Shown: positions 63,114-64,000 of the stretch, in pieces
Layout: the number at the start of each line of letters is the position of its first letter
Numbering within the stretch: position 1 is the stretch's first letter
Assembly: GCA_035937135.1 (NCBI GenBank)
Contig: DASYVL010000055.1
Coordinates: forward strand, 507-64,506
Source of the DNA: Terriglobales bacterium
GTDB taxonomy: Bacteria; Acidobacteriota; Terriglobia; Terriglobales; Acidobacteriaceae
Length of the DNA stretch: 64,000 nucleotides
Reading direction: 5' to 3'
Notes under the pieces: generated by a model
Databases searched by the model: none
What the model saw: the letters and a program-made list of their open reading frames with translations, nothing else
Told to the model about the DNA's origin: nothing
Program-made: the position numbers and the translations under genes

Positions 63114-63962
63114 CTAGGCGATGTACTCGTGGATGTACTCGTCGGGGGACGAGGCGAGTTCCCGCGAGGCGCCGTCGAAGATCACCTTCCCCTCGCGCAG
63201 CACCAGAAACGTGGTGTGCACGTCGGTGCGGGAAGCTTGGGCCAAGGGGCGCATCTCGTTGGCCGCCGTGTCGAAGTAGTGGGACGCCATCATGAAGCCG
63301 TCCTGCAGGCGATGGCTCACCAGCAGCGCGCTGGTCTTGTAGACGTCCCGCTGCTTCACGATCAGCTCGATGATGGTAGTGGAAGTGATGGGGTCCAGGC
63401 CGCCGGTGGGCGAATCATAGAGCAGGAGCTCCGGTTCGCTCGCCATGGCGCGCGCGATGGCCACCCGCCGCCGCATCCCGCCGGAGAGCGCCGAAGGCAT
63501 CATGGCCAGCGTGTGCTCCAGCTCCACGAAGCGCAGCACCTCCACCACGCGGCGGTGAATCTCCTCCTCGGGTAGCTTGCCCTCCTCCAGCAGGCGGAAG
63601 GCGACGTTCTCTTCCACGGTGAGCGAGTCGAACAGCGCGCTCTCCTGGAAGACCATGCCGATGCGCTGCCGCAGGTCGAACAACTCTTCTTCGGGCATGG
63701 CGCTGACCTCCTGCCCCAGCACGGTGATGCGGCCGCGGTCCGGCCGGATGAGTCCCAGCACCAGCTTGAGGATGGTGGTCTTGCCGGCCCCAGCGACGCC
63801 CAGCAGGCACTTGGTCTCGCCCTGCGGCAGCTCGAAGGAGACGCCGTCCAGCACCGGCTTCTCCTCGAATTCGATGGCCACGTCCTCAAAGACGATGATG
63901 GCGCCGCGCTGTTCCGCGGCGGGTGCGCCGGCGCTGCGGGGCGGTGAGAGCGTGGTGGACAT
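63114..63962 (-). CDS. ABC transporter ATP-binding protein (MlaF-like) with a non-canonical Walker B (YDSPT)
   Basis: Walker A is GVAGAGKTT, the Q-loop is VFQESALF, the signature is LSGGMRRRVAIARA, Walker B is LLLYDSPTGGLD, and the H-loop is LLVSHRL. Confidence 0.85.
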   Translation of the reverse strand: MSTTLSPPRSAGAPAAEQRGAIIVFEDVAIEFEEKPVLDGVSFELPQGETKCLLGVAGAGKTTILKLVLGLIRPDRGRITVLGQEVSAMPEEELFDLRQRIGMVFQESALFDSLTVEENVAFRLLEEGKLPEEEIHRRVVEVLRFVELEHTLAMMPSALSGGMRRRVAIARAMASEPELLLYDSPTGGLDPITSTTIIELIVKQRDVYKTSALLVSHRLQDGFMMASHYFDTAANEMRPLAQASRTDVHTTFLVLREGKVIFDGASRELASSPDEYIHEYIA

Positions 63963-63974
63963 GGCGTTGCGCGC

Positions 63975-64000
63975 TTACGTGAACCAGGCGATCAGCAGCT
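63975..64000 (-). CDS. 3' end of an upstream gene, possibly the ABC permease partner (partial, runs off the right edge)
   Basis: The minus-strand frame reads ...LLIAWFT* with stop TAA at 63977-63975, 13 nt before the ATPase start. Only 8 codons are visible. Confidence 0.3.

Overview
This is a GC-rich, gene-dense chromosomal segment with about 60 protein-coding genes on both strands. I found no rRNA, tRNA, CRISPR array, transposase or integrase by eye. The gene content suggests core genome of a soil Acidobacteriota-like bacterium, but that taxonomic guess is inference only. Supporting content includes futalosine-pathway menaquinone genes, a DUF1800/DUF1501 pair, a fused 2-oxoacid dehydrogenase E1 alpha/beta, an NfnAB-like pair, a YncE-type propeller lipoprotein and several intergenic REP-like repeat families. 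Housekeeping anchors are rarA, uvrB, topA, tsaC, a rodZ-like gene, nuoB, bioY and pepP.

The main result is two thioredoxin-fold genes, 32539-33126 (+) and 53216-53668 (-). Each is interrupted by one in-frame TGA exactly where the redox-active Cys should be. Each has a strong Shine-Dalgarno in front of the upstream fragment and a GC hairpin with G in the loop 10-18 nt after the TGA. These look like unannotated selenoproteins rather than pseudogenes.

Other observations:
- Four short dispersed repeat families sit at gene ends. One supplies a stop codon and one supplies a ribosome-binding site.
- A 7-bp microsatellite lies between convergent genes.
- The leader of an MCP gene has mutually exclusive hairpins next to its RBS.
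- A receiver-domain remnant follows the MCP gene.
- dprA is split by a 1-nt frameshift in a G-run.
- nuoB is orphaned from any nuo operon and sits next to a small Rieske protein.
- An HD-GYP gene lies near two stand-alone PilZ genes.
- An AT-rich, palindrome-dense divergent promoter lies between an XRE regulator and a glycosyltransferase/thioredoxin operon.
- An ABC ATPase has Ser in place of the Walker-B catalytic Glu.

All functional calls come from motif recognition in the supplied translations. No database search was run.
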